NCBI RefSeq assembly: GCF_001194135.2
Contig: NC_068981.1
Location: forward strand, 172,993,333 to 173,057,332
Direction: 5' to 3'
Source: Octopus bimaculoides
Taxonomy: Eukaryota
Length of the DNA stretch: 64,000 bases
Shown: in pieces, positions 34,306 to 47,399 of the stretch
How the letters are laid out: each line of letters starts with the position of its first letter
How positions within the stretch are numbered: the first letter of the stretch is position 1
Position numbers and translations under genes: made by a program
Notes under the pieces: generated by a model
Databases searched by the model: none
What the model was told of the DNA's origin: nothing
What the model saw: the letters and a program-made list of their open reading frames with translations, nothing else

Positions 34306-37300
34306 ATATTAGTTCAAATTATTAAAATTAGGTGAAAAAATAAATTCTTATATTTTAAGTTCCTGAAAAAAGAAGGTTGTGATATTCTTGCCTTTTCATC
34401 AGACATATTAGTAAAACAAGAAGAAAAATTGTTAAAGGGATTTGTTTCACAAAAATTATTTCTAAACATCATCCCTTTTATTACCATTACTATTGGCTGA
34501 ATTGTTCCAGCATAAGCTAAAATGTCTTGCAATGTTTGTTATGGATTTTTATGGTTCAAATCCCACTAAAATCAACTTTGCTTTCATCTCTCTTTTTTTA
34601 ATCTAATTTTAATAATTGAAGTAATATTTTGAAATTGATGTTATTATGAACAGAGAGGACATTTTGCCAACCTAATATGAGGCCGAAATAATTTAAAAGA
34701 AAGACTGTTTACCAACACTTTTGAAACAATAGTTTTGCAAATAGCATCATGTGATGATGAAAAATGGATGACAAGAGAAAATATGCAGAAAGAGGCAGAG
34801 AGCCACTCCTTTGTACTTGTGTGTTCAAAGTTCAAAATGGAAAGACTTAAATGATAATTGCCCAGTTACTACTACCACCATTGATGGTAGTTGAAGCAAC
34901 AACAGCAGTAGCAGCACCTTCGATAATACTGCCACCACCACTACTACTCTTGCTTCTAGTAACAAGTCAATGATCTCAGCCATGGATTATATGGAAGCCA
35001 GGATGAACAGAAAAAAGTATAATTGCATCTAGTACCAATAGCACAAGCACTGTGGACACCAGCACCCAAATGCATGTTATACTGGAAGGTAGAAAGCTCT
35101 GGTATTATACATATAACACCAACTGATGAGAACTTTCTGTCCATGACAGAAGGCAAGACAGCAAGGACCCCCCAATGCTATTTGACATTGTCACAAGAAT
35201 GGCAGACATATGAACATATGTCAAATGTGCACATATGCACATATATGCAGATACATGTACATATACTTATATGCAAAATATGCAGATACATGTACATAAG
35301 TGTGCTCCCCTATATGCATATATATCTGCATATGCACATTTATATATATCAACATCTTTTAACATTCATTTGTCCATGCTGGCACAGGGCCACAATGTGC
35401 TCCAGTGTCAGCTTCAACATGGTTTCAGCAGTTGAATGTTCTTTTTAATGTACCAGGCACTTTTTCATACCACTGGCAGTAGTGAGATCATAACTAAATG
35501 GGAAGAGAGGGGAGGTGGATTTATGTCAGCTGTTATAAAGGGACAAACATAAATGTTGAGATATAGGGGAGCTACCCTGCATTATATAAAACGGTGGGTG
35601 AGAAGAGCTGAAAGAAAGTCAAAGATGGTGGTGATGAGGAGTGTTAGAGCAAACACTCAAGATATAAGATTGTGAGTATAAGCGAGAATATGGACAGAGG
35701 ATTGAGAAAGGTGAGTGGGTAAGTTCATAAGACCATGAAAGGATAGTGACTGATGATTAGAGATAGAGGTAGCAGTAAATGCAGAGAATGATAAATAAAG
35801 GTGGGGGTGTAGTTGATGCTAAATATCAGTATGGGAGGGGGTGGAAGATATAGGAATAGCTCTGGTAGAAGATGACAGGAAGGATGAAGAGCAGCGGTAT
35901 AAACCTGTAGATAGATCAGGAAATAGGGAAATGTACAAGGTGGAAGGAGAGAGAGGTCAGAAGTCTCTAGAGGTGGCTTTAGAGAGTAGAGGATGAAAGG
36001 AGCTTCTGGTGGGAGATACAGTATGTTGAGAAAGATAGCAGATATGAGAGGGTGTTAAAGATAAGATGTGAAAGTCCAGAGATGTAGCTCGGAGGAGGAG
36101 GGTATGTAACAGGAAGCACAGAAAGTATTTATTAGTGGAATTATAGAGTAGGAAGGGATTTTATAAGGAAGTGGTTCCAGGGAGAGGCTGGGGTATTTGT
36201 TAGCACAAATTTTCTGAAAATTCCAAATAATAAAAAAGTTATGAGGGGTTATATGTCATGCGTAATTCATTTGTTTATGGTTTCTTATAAAAGCACAAGT
36301 GCTATTTTCAGGATATTGACAAAATGTGCAGTCATGCACAAAATGACACCTTCCAAGTCCTGTTTCCTGACGGGATGAAAATTATCAAACTTTAAACCTC
36401 TATAACCTTTTAAAAACATTTTTGTGGAAAAGGTGAAATAACCCCAGCAATTCAGCTTGGAAAACTACATTAATGTACCAAATTTTAAAATTTTTGATAA
36501 ACTTTAATTTTTAAACTGCTGGCAGCCAAACAAAAAGATCTGTAACATATAACCAGCCTATCAGTTGGCAGGTGGACCGGTACTAACTCAGGCGACAGGT
36601 TGTAAAGTCAGGCAGTATATAGTTATGTTGACCAATTTAAAGCATGCACATTGCGTGTGTAAATTTATGTCAACCATTTTGAAAGTGTTGAAATGGTGAT
36701 GATATATACTATACCATCTTAAAGCACAGTAGACTTGACAATTGCCTGGGGATGTTTATAACAAATTAGCATAAAATTTTGATGAAAGATTTTAATTGAG
36801 ATCACTTTAAAAGTGATCTGAAAGTTAATATGATAGGAAGAGAGTGAACCTGTCCAGCAGGTTGGTAAGAAAACAGTTAAATATACCAGAATAAATTTAA
36901 AATACAGCACCTATTTTCCTTAGATTTGTTATTGCATTCTTTTTTTTTTTTTTTCCTCTTAGAAAATTTATAGAGTCTTAATTTCATACAAATGACAAAG
37001 ATAGTATGAAGAGTAATAAAAAACCTGTATACAGCTTTTATGTAACATTTAAAATTCACAATAATATTGAATCACAGTTTATATGCACAAATTGCAATAT
37101 AAAAGAAATGTTTATTTTTAATGCTATCAGACGTTGCTTAACCTCAGAGCAACTAGCAGAGCACTTATGATAAAGAATGCTCCATCATATTAATCATTTG
37201 GGACTTATTATTTTGTTTTTAAGATCCACAGTCTCTAGAACCACATTATCTAGATATGGGGAGTAGGGTTCACTCCATCAGTCAGAGTTAACCATACATC

Positions 37301-37411
37301 TGTATCTGCGTGCACAAGTTTGGGCAAGTAATATTGGGCGATGTTTTGAAAATTAAAATAAATCCATGAAATTAAAACTGGGAATTTTCCAAATTCAAAC
37401 AGCTCAGTGTA

Positions 37412-38672
37412 TTGGGTCAGTCCATAAATAATGCAGTTTTTTTTTAATAGCATGAACTAAAAGTCGGAGGGGGACGGGATAAACTACCGGCATCAACTTG
37501 CAGGTAGTAATTTTACCTTGTTCTTATTTCTAGCACAAGTTTTTAACAGTGCAGTTCGATTTTAACAATTATTTTTGAAAGCCATAATGGAAGTGACAAA
37601 GGAGCATATTTTGCTTTGAGTTCAATAAAAGTAAAAACACAACAGAAAATGCAAGGAACATTAATGCAGTATACGGGGATCAGACAATATGTGTAAACCA
37701 GTGTCAATGGCAGTTCCAGAAATTCCAAGCCGAAAACTACAGCCCAGAAGACAAGCCTAGTCCTAGAAGATCTGTAAAGCTCGACAAGGACATCCTGCAA
37801 ACCCTAGTGGAACAAAATCCCATCATAACTGTTGAGGAACTAGCAGAGAAGCTTGGATTTGGTCATTCAACCATTCATCAACACCTGCATAACATCAGAA
37901 AAGTCAGCAAATTGGGTCAATGGGTTCCTCTGAGTCTATAATCACGTGCAGAGAGTGAACATGTGCTCTTCTTTGCTGTCACGTCTTATGAAATAACTTT
38001 TTTTTTACCAAGTAGTGACTGATGATGAGAAATGGGCTCTGTATAAAAATATCAAGCACTGAAGACAGTAGGCAGGGAAAAGAGAAACACCAGCACCCCA
38101 GATGAAAGAAGGTTTTCACCTACATAAGGTGTTGTTATCTGTTTGGTGGGATATGAAAGGTTTAGTCCATGTTGAACTTTTAAACCCGAACCAAACAATA
38201 ACAAATGAAATCTACTGCAAGCGGCTTGAGCGACTTAACTCAGTGCTAGAAGAAAAATGACCAGCTTTGGTTTCAAAACGAAAGGTGTTCTTCCATTAGG
38301 ATAATGCTCAGCCACATACAGCAAGGACAACATTCCAAAGGCTGGAGCAGTTTGAATGGGAAACGATGCCCTGCCCACCATATTCGCCAGTCATTGCCCC
38401 ATCTGATTATCATTTATTCCGCAGTCTTCAAAATCATTTGGACAGAAAAAATATGAATTTTGTAAACAAGGTCAGAACAGTACTCGAGGAGTATTTTTCA
38501 TCACAAAAAAGTGAATTTTGAAAGAGGGGCCTTGTAAGTCTACCAGATAGATGGAAGAGCATTATAGAAAATGAAAGAGAGTATATTTTAGATTAGAAAA
38601 GAACTTTGTTTATCTTAATTCTGAAAAATAAAAGAAGTATAAAAAAACTGCATTATTTATGCAATGACCCTA
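37412..38672 (+). mobile_element. Full-length defective mariner transposon (~1.26 kb)
   Basis: Imperfect TIRs GGGTCAGTCCATAAATAATGCAG / CTGCATTATTTATGCAATGACCC; decayed transposase 37587..38596 with WVP, VTDDEKW, DNAQPH and PPYSPVIAPSDYHLF. Confidence 0.92.
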
Positions 38673-39600
38673 TTGTTTGAAATAAGCAAACAAAATTGAA
38701 ATCTTAAAAAGTTAGAGAAAGGAAAATAGAAAAATTATAAATCTATATTGGAAATACATTTTCTGAATTAAAAAGAAAACAGAAATGCTTAAAATACAAC
38801 CTGAATGTTGGCCTGACTCTCTCCAAAGATTATAAAAGTAATTGAGGCACCTTCCTAAACAGCTTGCTATGACAACTAGATAGTGGGAAAACTGTATAAT
38901 ATGTTGACTTAAATAACAAAGGACGTACATGATAGTATGAAAAGAAACATTTCAATTATATTAGGAAAACCCATTAGAGTAACAGACTTGTTAAGAAAAC
39001 GCATGTAGGCCAAATGTATAGAAACATTAGTAGAGAATGGAATTTACATGAACAACATTGAATAAAGAAAAATTCAATTGTAGTTATAGACGAAAATAAG
39101 CCACAAACAATGCTAAGTTAAAAGACAAAATTAAATTTCACCCTCAAACACTGATGCTATCAGATCAGTGTTTAAGAATAAAATATAAATCTTAAATGCT
39201 TTGTCAGTTAACCTATTACAGTGGAATCTAATAAATCCACTCAAAATTCCATTACTCTTAACTGCAAAATGCAGTTTTATTGTTGAGGAATATCATGTTT
39301 GAAACTATTTTTTTTTTGTTGAGACACATTAAGTTTATTGAAGCAATATAACCTGCAGAAAATACCAATTCAATTTTTGGTAGATATTTAACATCATTAC
39401 TAAAATGACCATGAAATTTAGTTTAGCAGTTAAAAAGTTAAGATCGTTTCTAAGGTGGATTATTTTACTTTTCAAGAGGTTTAGTATTCAAAGCATGAAG
39501 GCAAACAATCTAATTTATGAGATCACTTAAACTGTGTTTAAGACTGTAATAAATTATCTATATTCATGCCACAAATTTTATGTGAAATATACCTTTTTAC

Positions 39601-39818
39601 CTTCTACTTGTTTCAGTCACTGGACTGCTGCCATACTGGGGCACTACTGTGAAGGGTTTTAACCAAACAAATATACCCTGGTACTTATTTTTTATAATCT
39701 GGTACTTCTGTCAGTCTTTCTTGCTGAACCACTAAATTACAGGACATCTGCCCCTCACCCCCAGTTCATAAATAGTTATCAACTGGGGGAGGAGGCAAAG
39801 AAAGACACACTCACACGT

Positions 39819-39872
<54 letters not shown>

Positions 39873-40022
39873 ACATATGATGGGCTTCCACACGGTTTCC
39901 ACCTATGAAATTCACTCACAAGGCCTGGAGCTATAGCAGATGCTTGCCCAAGGTACAGTACAGTGGCTCTGAACCCAAAACCACATGGCTGCCAAGTGAG
40001 CTTGTTAACCACACAGCTATGC
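39601..40022 (-). mobile_element. SINE family A, older copy with expanded (GT)n
   Basis: Degenerate reverse-complement match. Confidence 0.8.
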
Positions 40023-42688
40023 AACAATGGTAGTAAAAGAAAAAACATTAACCAAAAAATAAGGGATGAGAGGGAAGTATAACGAAAAATGAGAATAGTT
40101 ATAGGTGGAAGAAAATTCAATGGAAGAGCAACAAAAGAAAAATATATAACAATTTAGATATTTCAAAATTAGCAAGATAAAAATACACATTTCAATGTGA
40201 TATATCAAATTCAACTCAAGCTCAAATTTCACAATATTTACTTAAGTTTAGACTGGTATTATGAACACCTGACAAGAAATGGAAGAGTTTCTAAGCAAAC
40301 ACTGTAGGTTAGAAGTAGATAAGCAATTGACATAGTAAATATGTGTGATGACCTAGAAAGTTTAGTCCAATGAAGAGGTAATTTTTTCATGATGTGTGGA
40401 TAGGTAGATAGATAGGTAGGTAGATAGATAGATAGGTAGGTAGATAGATGCCTGTTATACTGTTGCCATGCACAGGCACTGTGCCTTCAATGATTAGTCC
40501 AACATAACAGGACATATTCCACACTGGTACTTATATTTTCAATCTCTAGCAAACTATTAAGTTACAAGACATAAACAGCACAAAATAAACACGACATTGG
40601 TTTAAGGAGGTAAACAAACACACACACACATACGACAAGCTCCCTTACAGTTTTTGCCAACCAAATTCCCATCAACCCAAATCTACAGGAGGCACTTGAC
40701 TATTGTGCAGAATGGAATCTAACACAGTACCACAAAGTTGCAAAACAGAGAGGGGGAGATGAAGGGAGAGAGAGAGAGGGGGTAAAGGAAGAGAGAGGTA
40801 GAAGGAACAGACAGACAGTATAAGATAAGCTCATCAGATATCATTAAACACTGTTCTATAATTCTGTGGCACAGAATTATACATAAAATTGCCACCCCCT
40901 GCAGTCTGCTACTGTTATAATTTGACTAGATAATACTTTGAGGCCCACCTTGCCAAAATAAAATGCTAAAATTACTATATTCAAACATTAAAACCTGCTT
41001 TTCATCAATATAGACAGAATTTCAAAGATTAATCTTTTCAAGCTAAAAGTAAAAATATTTTGCAATTTTTCTTACTTTAGAATTCACTAAATAAAATACA
41101 ATTCTTACATTCAGTTACACAATCTAAGACTTATACTCCATCAGACAAAAAAGAGACGTGATCATAGCCCTCACATCATCTTAGCTGAGGATAGAGACAG
41201 ATAACTGATTAAGGTTAAGTTGAATGGAAAGTAAAACAGCCAAGGAAAAGTGTTTAAAAGTGACTGAATTGGGAAACTAAATTGAATAACAGATGCAGAA
41301 TACTATAGCATTGATTGAATGAGAAGCAGGTTTAGGGAAGAAGCAAGGAACAGCCATCAAATTCAGACCAACAGAAAGATGATTATGGCTTGATGTTATG
41401 TTAATGGCTAAATAGTAAAACTTTGATTCTAATATGAACAGTTTTGGGAGGGTTTTCTTTAATCCTTATTTTCTTTCACACACACACATAAATATATCAG
41501 AATAAACTTATCATCGTCACATCAACATCCTTAATTTAAAAGATACACTGAATGTTATATGTCAAAAAATTCTTGACTGATATTTCCCTCTGAACTGGAA
41601 AAAAGGAAAAGTCCCAGCAACAATTGTTAGTAACTCTCAAAGAAAGGGGAAGATAATTTCCAAGGAATTAAAAACTAATCTTACAAAATGAATTTGCATC
41701 CTGTCAAATAGGGAAGTCTGGCTTCAATTCACTAAGAATTTTTTGAAAATTTTTTGGTCTTTGAGCACATGAAATGGTGAAAAACAATGTGAAATAAACT
41801 AAAAAGAAGTTCAAGGAATCAAAGTAAAAAGATAACTAGTAGGCAACGTTGGTAATAATCAGTAATGAAATTATAACAAAAATAATAATTGTAAAATCTA
41901 ATTTTGTGTAAAATAAGATTTTGTTTTTTGGTTTTGTTTTCTGTTAAATATGAACTAAATTGAGGGTTAATATACTTTAATTAGCTGGCTTCACATCAAG
42001 AAACTGAAATGGAAAAAAAGACACACATTCGAAGCTGAAGCCCATGACATAAAGTAGAAAACTAACCAGAGAACTGACAGTTCAGGTTTTAAATTTCCCT
42101 TATATAAAATTTTAGCTTCACAGGAAAAAACACCTGTTTCATTTTATTGGATTTTAATCATTGCCAATTATTAATGATTATTTTGTTTATCTCTCACTGA
42201 TTTATTGACCTTGTTTTCAGTTTGTTTTGCTTTGTTGCTCATTGTTTTAAGTTTAAACATCAAAAGATTACCACATTTGTTTGCTTATAGCAGCACAAAA
42301 CTCTTTAGCTTAATCATCAAAATTCATGTTATTGACCCATTTGAAAATACCTGTCAGTTGACCAGAAGGCTTCATTAGACAACAGTAAGACAAAACTTAT
42401 CAATAATTGCCTCTTGCTTGCAAGTAAAAATCAAACATTTTTCCCCATTGAGGTGTTACTTTGAGAGATTAAATTTCTAATTTCTTTAAATTATCTCCCT
42501 TCTCTCTGCAAGTCCCTAACAATTGCTACTAACTTTTTTCTCAATATTTATCACAATTTTAGATAAGGAGCCTCATATTTTGTGAGAAAGAAAAAGGCTA
42601 GATTCCTCAGCCCCTCCATTCTTTAATATTGCAGTTTTTTATTAAAAAGAAATTATAATTCTAAGATATCTTTTACATTTCAATTGTT

Positions 42689-42905
42689 TTACAGCAATTG
42701 TTCAAAGGCAGCCACCTTCGACTGGAAGATGGACTCAAAGGCAAGATCAGTGATTGGGGCTCCTAGAGAGCACCAAGCCGATGGGGGAGGGACTGCAATG
42801 GAAGGGAAGGACTTTGCAAAAAGATCAATAGTTGGTTGATGTTGAGAAGCCGGGTGGTTGAGGATCCAGAACTCACATTTGGAGCTGTTCACTTCGAGAC
42901 CCCAG
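42689..42905 (-). mobile_element. Non-LTR RT C-terminal fragment, CRE-like, abutting a gap
   Basis: WGLEVNSSKCEFW...SLGAPI; GC-rich relative to flanks; clade call from recalled motifs. Confidence 0.55.
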
Positions 42906-43291
42906 NNNNNNNNNNNNNNNNNNNNNNNNNNNNNNNNNNNNNNNNNNNNNNNNNNNNNNNNNNNNNNNNNNNNNNNNNNNNNNNNNNNNNNNNNNNNNNN
43001 NNNNNNNNNNNNNNNNNNNNNNNNNNNNNNNNNNNNNNNNNNNNNNNNNNNNNNNNNNNNNNNNNNNNNNNNNNNNNNNNNNNNNNNNNNNNNNNNNNNN
43101 NNNNNNNNNNNNNNNNNNNNNNNNNNTGTAATTTTTTTTTTTTTTTTCTGTTTTTCTAATATGGTACTTTCACTTTGTCGAGCTAATCTCTGTTTAGCAA
43201 CCGAGAAAGGTTTATTTTTATGATGTACTGTAACCAATACGATTGTCTGCCATAGGGGATATTTTGGTGATCTTTCGAACTTAATACATAT

Positions 43292-43303
43292 AAGATGGCG
43301 GCC
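43292..43303 (+). promoter_or_regulatory. YY1-type motif AAGATGGCGGCC
   Basis: Close match to the YY1 consensus in the CpG-richer 43.2-46.2 kb zone; function not shown. Confidence 0.35.
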
Positions 43304-43538
43304 AAAATAGAACATATTGCACTAAAAGAAAAACGAACAATAAAAGATCGCTAATAATCGATATTGTGAAAAAAGCGTTTGCTGAAATTTCAAGCATGGA
43401 ATACAAGAGCAATTAACAAGACAGAAATAATGAAAAGCAAAAGGTAAACAAATGAAAAACAGACATGCATATTAAATATATAGATACACAGCTGTGTACC
43501 TATACATTAAATATATAGATACACACACACACACGTGT

Positions 43539-43575
<37 letters not shown>

Positions 43576-45226
43576 CGTGCATACGACTATCATTTGTTTA
43601 CCTTTCACTTTCCTTTTATTTATTTATTTTTTTTCTGTGTTACCTGTTCTTGTATTTAAATTCAAAAATATTAAATAATTTTTATTTTATCTCCTGAATG
43701 AAGTGTCTGTATTCGACCTGCTACGAATCGCAGCCAAATCTCCAAATAATCACACCCTCCTATCTTAGAGAAGAACAACACAAAAATTCATTCTTCGTTG
43801 CACCAAAAATATTCTCCATGGCCGCAGCACGGCATAAATGGAAAAATATAATTCTTCCGCAGCCGTCGAACTGAATATTCGCTGAAATTTGACCAAAGTG
43901 CAAGTGATTACAAAAACCACTTGTGTTATCATTAATCTATTTCGCACTACCAGAGGTTTTTTTTCCTTTTTTTCTCTAAATAATAATTTAATCACAAAAG
44001 AAACTACTACTATCCCGTATTTCTAGATGGTGTTAGTCATTTAATTGTTTTGACCACCATGCTCAAAAACCGGCATATTTCAACAGTTACCTCCCCTGAC
44101 ATAGTGCAAGCGATGACATTGGGGGGGGGGGGACAATTGTTTATTATTTATTACTACCACCACCACCCCCTTTAATTTTCTTTTTTACTATTTAAATTTC
44201 ATATAGTTTAAACATTCTTCGTATGAAATAGGAGGTTGACATCTTTGATTTTATTATAGTTCAACTGATATAATAAAACATGTATATATAATCTAAAATT
44301 GGACCACACAAACAAAAGCAAGCGATTCTTCCCTATTCTCATATAGTGCACTCCCAAAACTGTGACCATACTGGAGCACCGCCAGTAAAAGTATTATGGT
44401 CTCACCAAGATTTTAATACTTTTATATCATTAATACACCACACAATAATAAGTTAATTATAATAAATAATAATCAAAACAGAAACACGCGCTGTGCGCGC
44501 GTGTGTGTGTGTGTGTATAATTAATGCAATGCCTGTTATAATTTTAAACAGTCCTTATAAAACTATTTCAATAAAACAGTATCTACTACTATTCTGTTAC
44601 TAGGCTTTCGGTAACTTTAAAAGAAAAAATTCGAACGAAAACTCCGGATAATAGGTAAAGCTTAATATGTCATAACGTCGCTGTATTAAAAGTCTTGTGA
44701 AGTTGTAGTACATCTTCCGATAATTAACGGAAAATTATTTTGAGTATTATTATTTAACACAAAGGTTGCTGGAAGAAACATTTAGTCTATAATTTCAAGA
44801 CTTTTGGTTAAATGAGAAAGAAAGAAGTGTTGATTACATTGTTTACTTTAGTGTACAACTTCGTTTACCATTTAAACACCTTGCATTTCTCGATATGAAT
44901 ACATTACATAAAGAATGTCGTTAAAACCGAAATAAACAAGGTGAGCTAGACTATAGTGTCGAGTATTTCATTCTTTTTTCAACGAAAAACATTACGAAGA
45001 CTATATTGTGCTAGTTTAGACATCTGTGCACATAAATTTTAGAAGCACAACAAAATCTTTCAAAAAACGGAGTGTTTGGAAGCTAGTGAAGACTATTTCT
45101 CTGCTAATATATACACAATTACACTTTAAATATTTCAGACTAAATCAATTATTACAACAAAATCTTCTGTTTTAATTTAATCTCGTTTAAAGAAGCTAAA
45201 ATGAACAAAATAGAATTCGAACTCAC

Positions 45227-45290
45227 CATAAACAGTTCCTGTAACACCCCTTTAGCCGAGTAATTTATCACATGATAAGTGTCATTCGAA
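45227..45290 (-). other. Putative first (non-coding) exon of the V0a gene; 5' limit unknown
   Basis: Strong donor ATG|GTGAGT at 45227/45226 in a repeat-poor region that appears CpG-richer, next to an M-box; implies an 11.4-kb first intron. Inference without transcript data. Confidence 0.45.
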
Positions 45291-45308
45291 CTTTGACCTA
45301 TGACATCA
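45265..45308. promoter_or_regulatory. M-box (TCACATGA) inside palindrome TTATCACATGATAA with two inverted GATA sites; TGACCT-A-TGACAT(CA) direct-repeat/CRE-like motif
   Basis: Motifs read directly at 45265-45278 and 45294-45308; MITF/TFEB E-box control of V-ATPase genes is established in fly and mammals. Confidence 0.5.
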
Positions 45309-46324
45309 TTGAAAAGCAGATAAACAAATAGGGATGGTTTCGAGGTCTATTTATTTAACATAATTCTTTGAAATGAGGACGTAAATTTACATCCGTAAAA
45401 TTAAGGGCGGATCTTTTTTAAAACTTATAAATACTTGCTCGTTTAGTGTTTAAATGTAACGATTTAAGTGGGTAAAATTACATTGTTTTTATATATATTT
45501 ATACATAGTTAGAATTATTTAAAACTAACTTCTATGAATTTTTTTGCGACTTTAATTAAAGTTTTATGCCGATAAGTTACCTTCAAATAAAATTGCTTTC
45601 CTTCGTTTTAATTCTTTTTAAGAGATTTATCTGTGCATGTGTACGTTCATCTGACTACTGTTATATATGTCCAATCTAATTTAACCAAATGTATCTCGAT
45701 CCCTGAACTTTAACCATCTTTTTTTTTTTTTTTTAACTACCGTTTGTTAAAACATTAGCATAGTTTTCTGAATTGTATTTGGAATGAAAGATCAGTTTAA
45801 GTAAACCTGGGCGAATAAGATTCGATGAAAACTAAAAGAAAAATCATCACCTTTTAAAAAAGTGAAGTTGTTAAATAATTATTGTAATTCATTGTAATTA
45901 AAATTAGAAGTTTATTAAAGCAATATTTATTAAAGCTTGGAGAAACAGAACGAGGTCAGACATTTGTTTGATTTTGTCCTGGGAATATGTCAATAAAAAG
46001 TACCAAGTTTATATACAAATCTAAGTTCAGCATTACATACTTAGTAGTGACATGGTTAGGATATTGTCAAAGCTGTAGAATATCATCAAGTTAATGTCTG
46101 CCGCAGTAGAGCGGAGCTATGTGGAGGGAATGAAGTGAGGTGGGGAATTCAAGAGGAGTGACGTCCTGGGAACGAAAATCAACTGAAAAGTTTGAGCAAA
46201 TAATTATTTAAGGACCTAATTTGTTTCTCTGCCTTATAAACTTATATCAAGTTATGGTGACTGGTTCTAACAAGATTGCTATAATCCCAAAACATAACCA
46301 TTTCTGTAGGATATGTTAAATAAT

Positions 46325-46540
46325 CCATTCCACTATAGGCACAAGGCCTGAAAATTTGGAGGAGAGGACTAGTCGATTTTTATCAGCTCCAGTACTTAAC
46401 TGGTACTTATTTCATCGAACCTGGAAGGATAAAAGGCAAAGACGACCTCGCCGGAATTTGAACTCAGAATGTAACGACGGGCGAAATACCGCAAAGCATT
46501 TCGTCCAACATGTTAACAATTCTGCCAGCTCACTGCTTTT
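46325..46540 (-). mobile_element. tRNA-derived SINE family B with 16-bp TSD
   Basis: TSD GGATATGTTAAATAAT at 46309-46324 and 46541-46556; B box GAGTTCAAATTCC on minus strand. Confidence 0.9.
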
Positions 46541-46924
46541 GGATATGTTAAATAATGAAAAGATAGGTGAAAAAATTAAGAACATTTGTTAATAATGGGG
46601 TGAACATAACAGAAATTTTAATCTGAGCAACTTCATTCAGAATTTGATTTTTAGGCAAATACTGGTTGACACAATCATTAATTGAGCAGGTCAATATTGG
46701 GGAGTGCAACATCAATATTCTTTTTGTCATCCAATATAATAATGAAAATTTTGGGGAGAAAGTCTCTTAAAACATCAATGAGTTTAAAATAAAAGTGTTA
46801 TTTATATACACTGCATAAAATATTGGCTAAATTTTGACTGTTAAGAAGAGGAGTTAATGGTTACAAAAGAATCAAATTATTTATTAATACAGTTCTATAT
46901 TTAAGAAATGAAGAATTATGTACA

Positions 46925-47070
46925 TTATTTGCCTTATTTACATTTGACGGATGTTTGTCCTCATCTTGTTTGTTGTTAACACAACATTTCGCCTGATATA
47001 CCTTCCATCTTTCTTCATGAGTCTTGGGGAAATTTCAAACCTGGGTTCTCATTCCTAAGGTATTTTTCGA

Positions 47071-47104
<34 letters not shown>

Positions 47105-47189
47105 GTTCAGGTCACTGCTTGGAATCGAACTTGGAATCTTGGGGCTAGTTGCCTGCGCTCTTAACCACTACACCATATACCCGTGGGCA
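46925..47189 (-). mobile_element. tRNA-headed SINE-like element with (AAT)n linker and hammerhead-like 3' segment
   Basis: A box TGGTGTAGTGG (47175-47165), B box GTTCGATTCC (47130-47121), (AAT)n at about 47074-47104. Confidence 0.7.
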
Positions 47190-47399
47190 TATACTCTTAA
47201 CCACTAATCCAAATCATTTATTGTTCAGCTAATTTTGTTTTAATATATTTTGAATAATAATTTACATATTTTACATACTAATTCCATTTGATGTGGCCCA
47301 AGGAAGTGGCTCTTTGGTCAATTGAACTGACCCAAATATACATAACTGGTACTTACTTTTTTAATAGTTTTACCCAAGAGTAAGGGACTGTGCCGAAGG

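Noticed and set aside
36240-37400. Possible non-autonomous DNA transposon in intron 1
   Set aside because: It looks non-random, but I could not find TIRs, a TSD or coding motifs to support a call.
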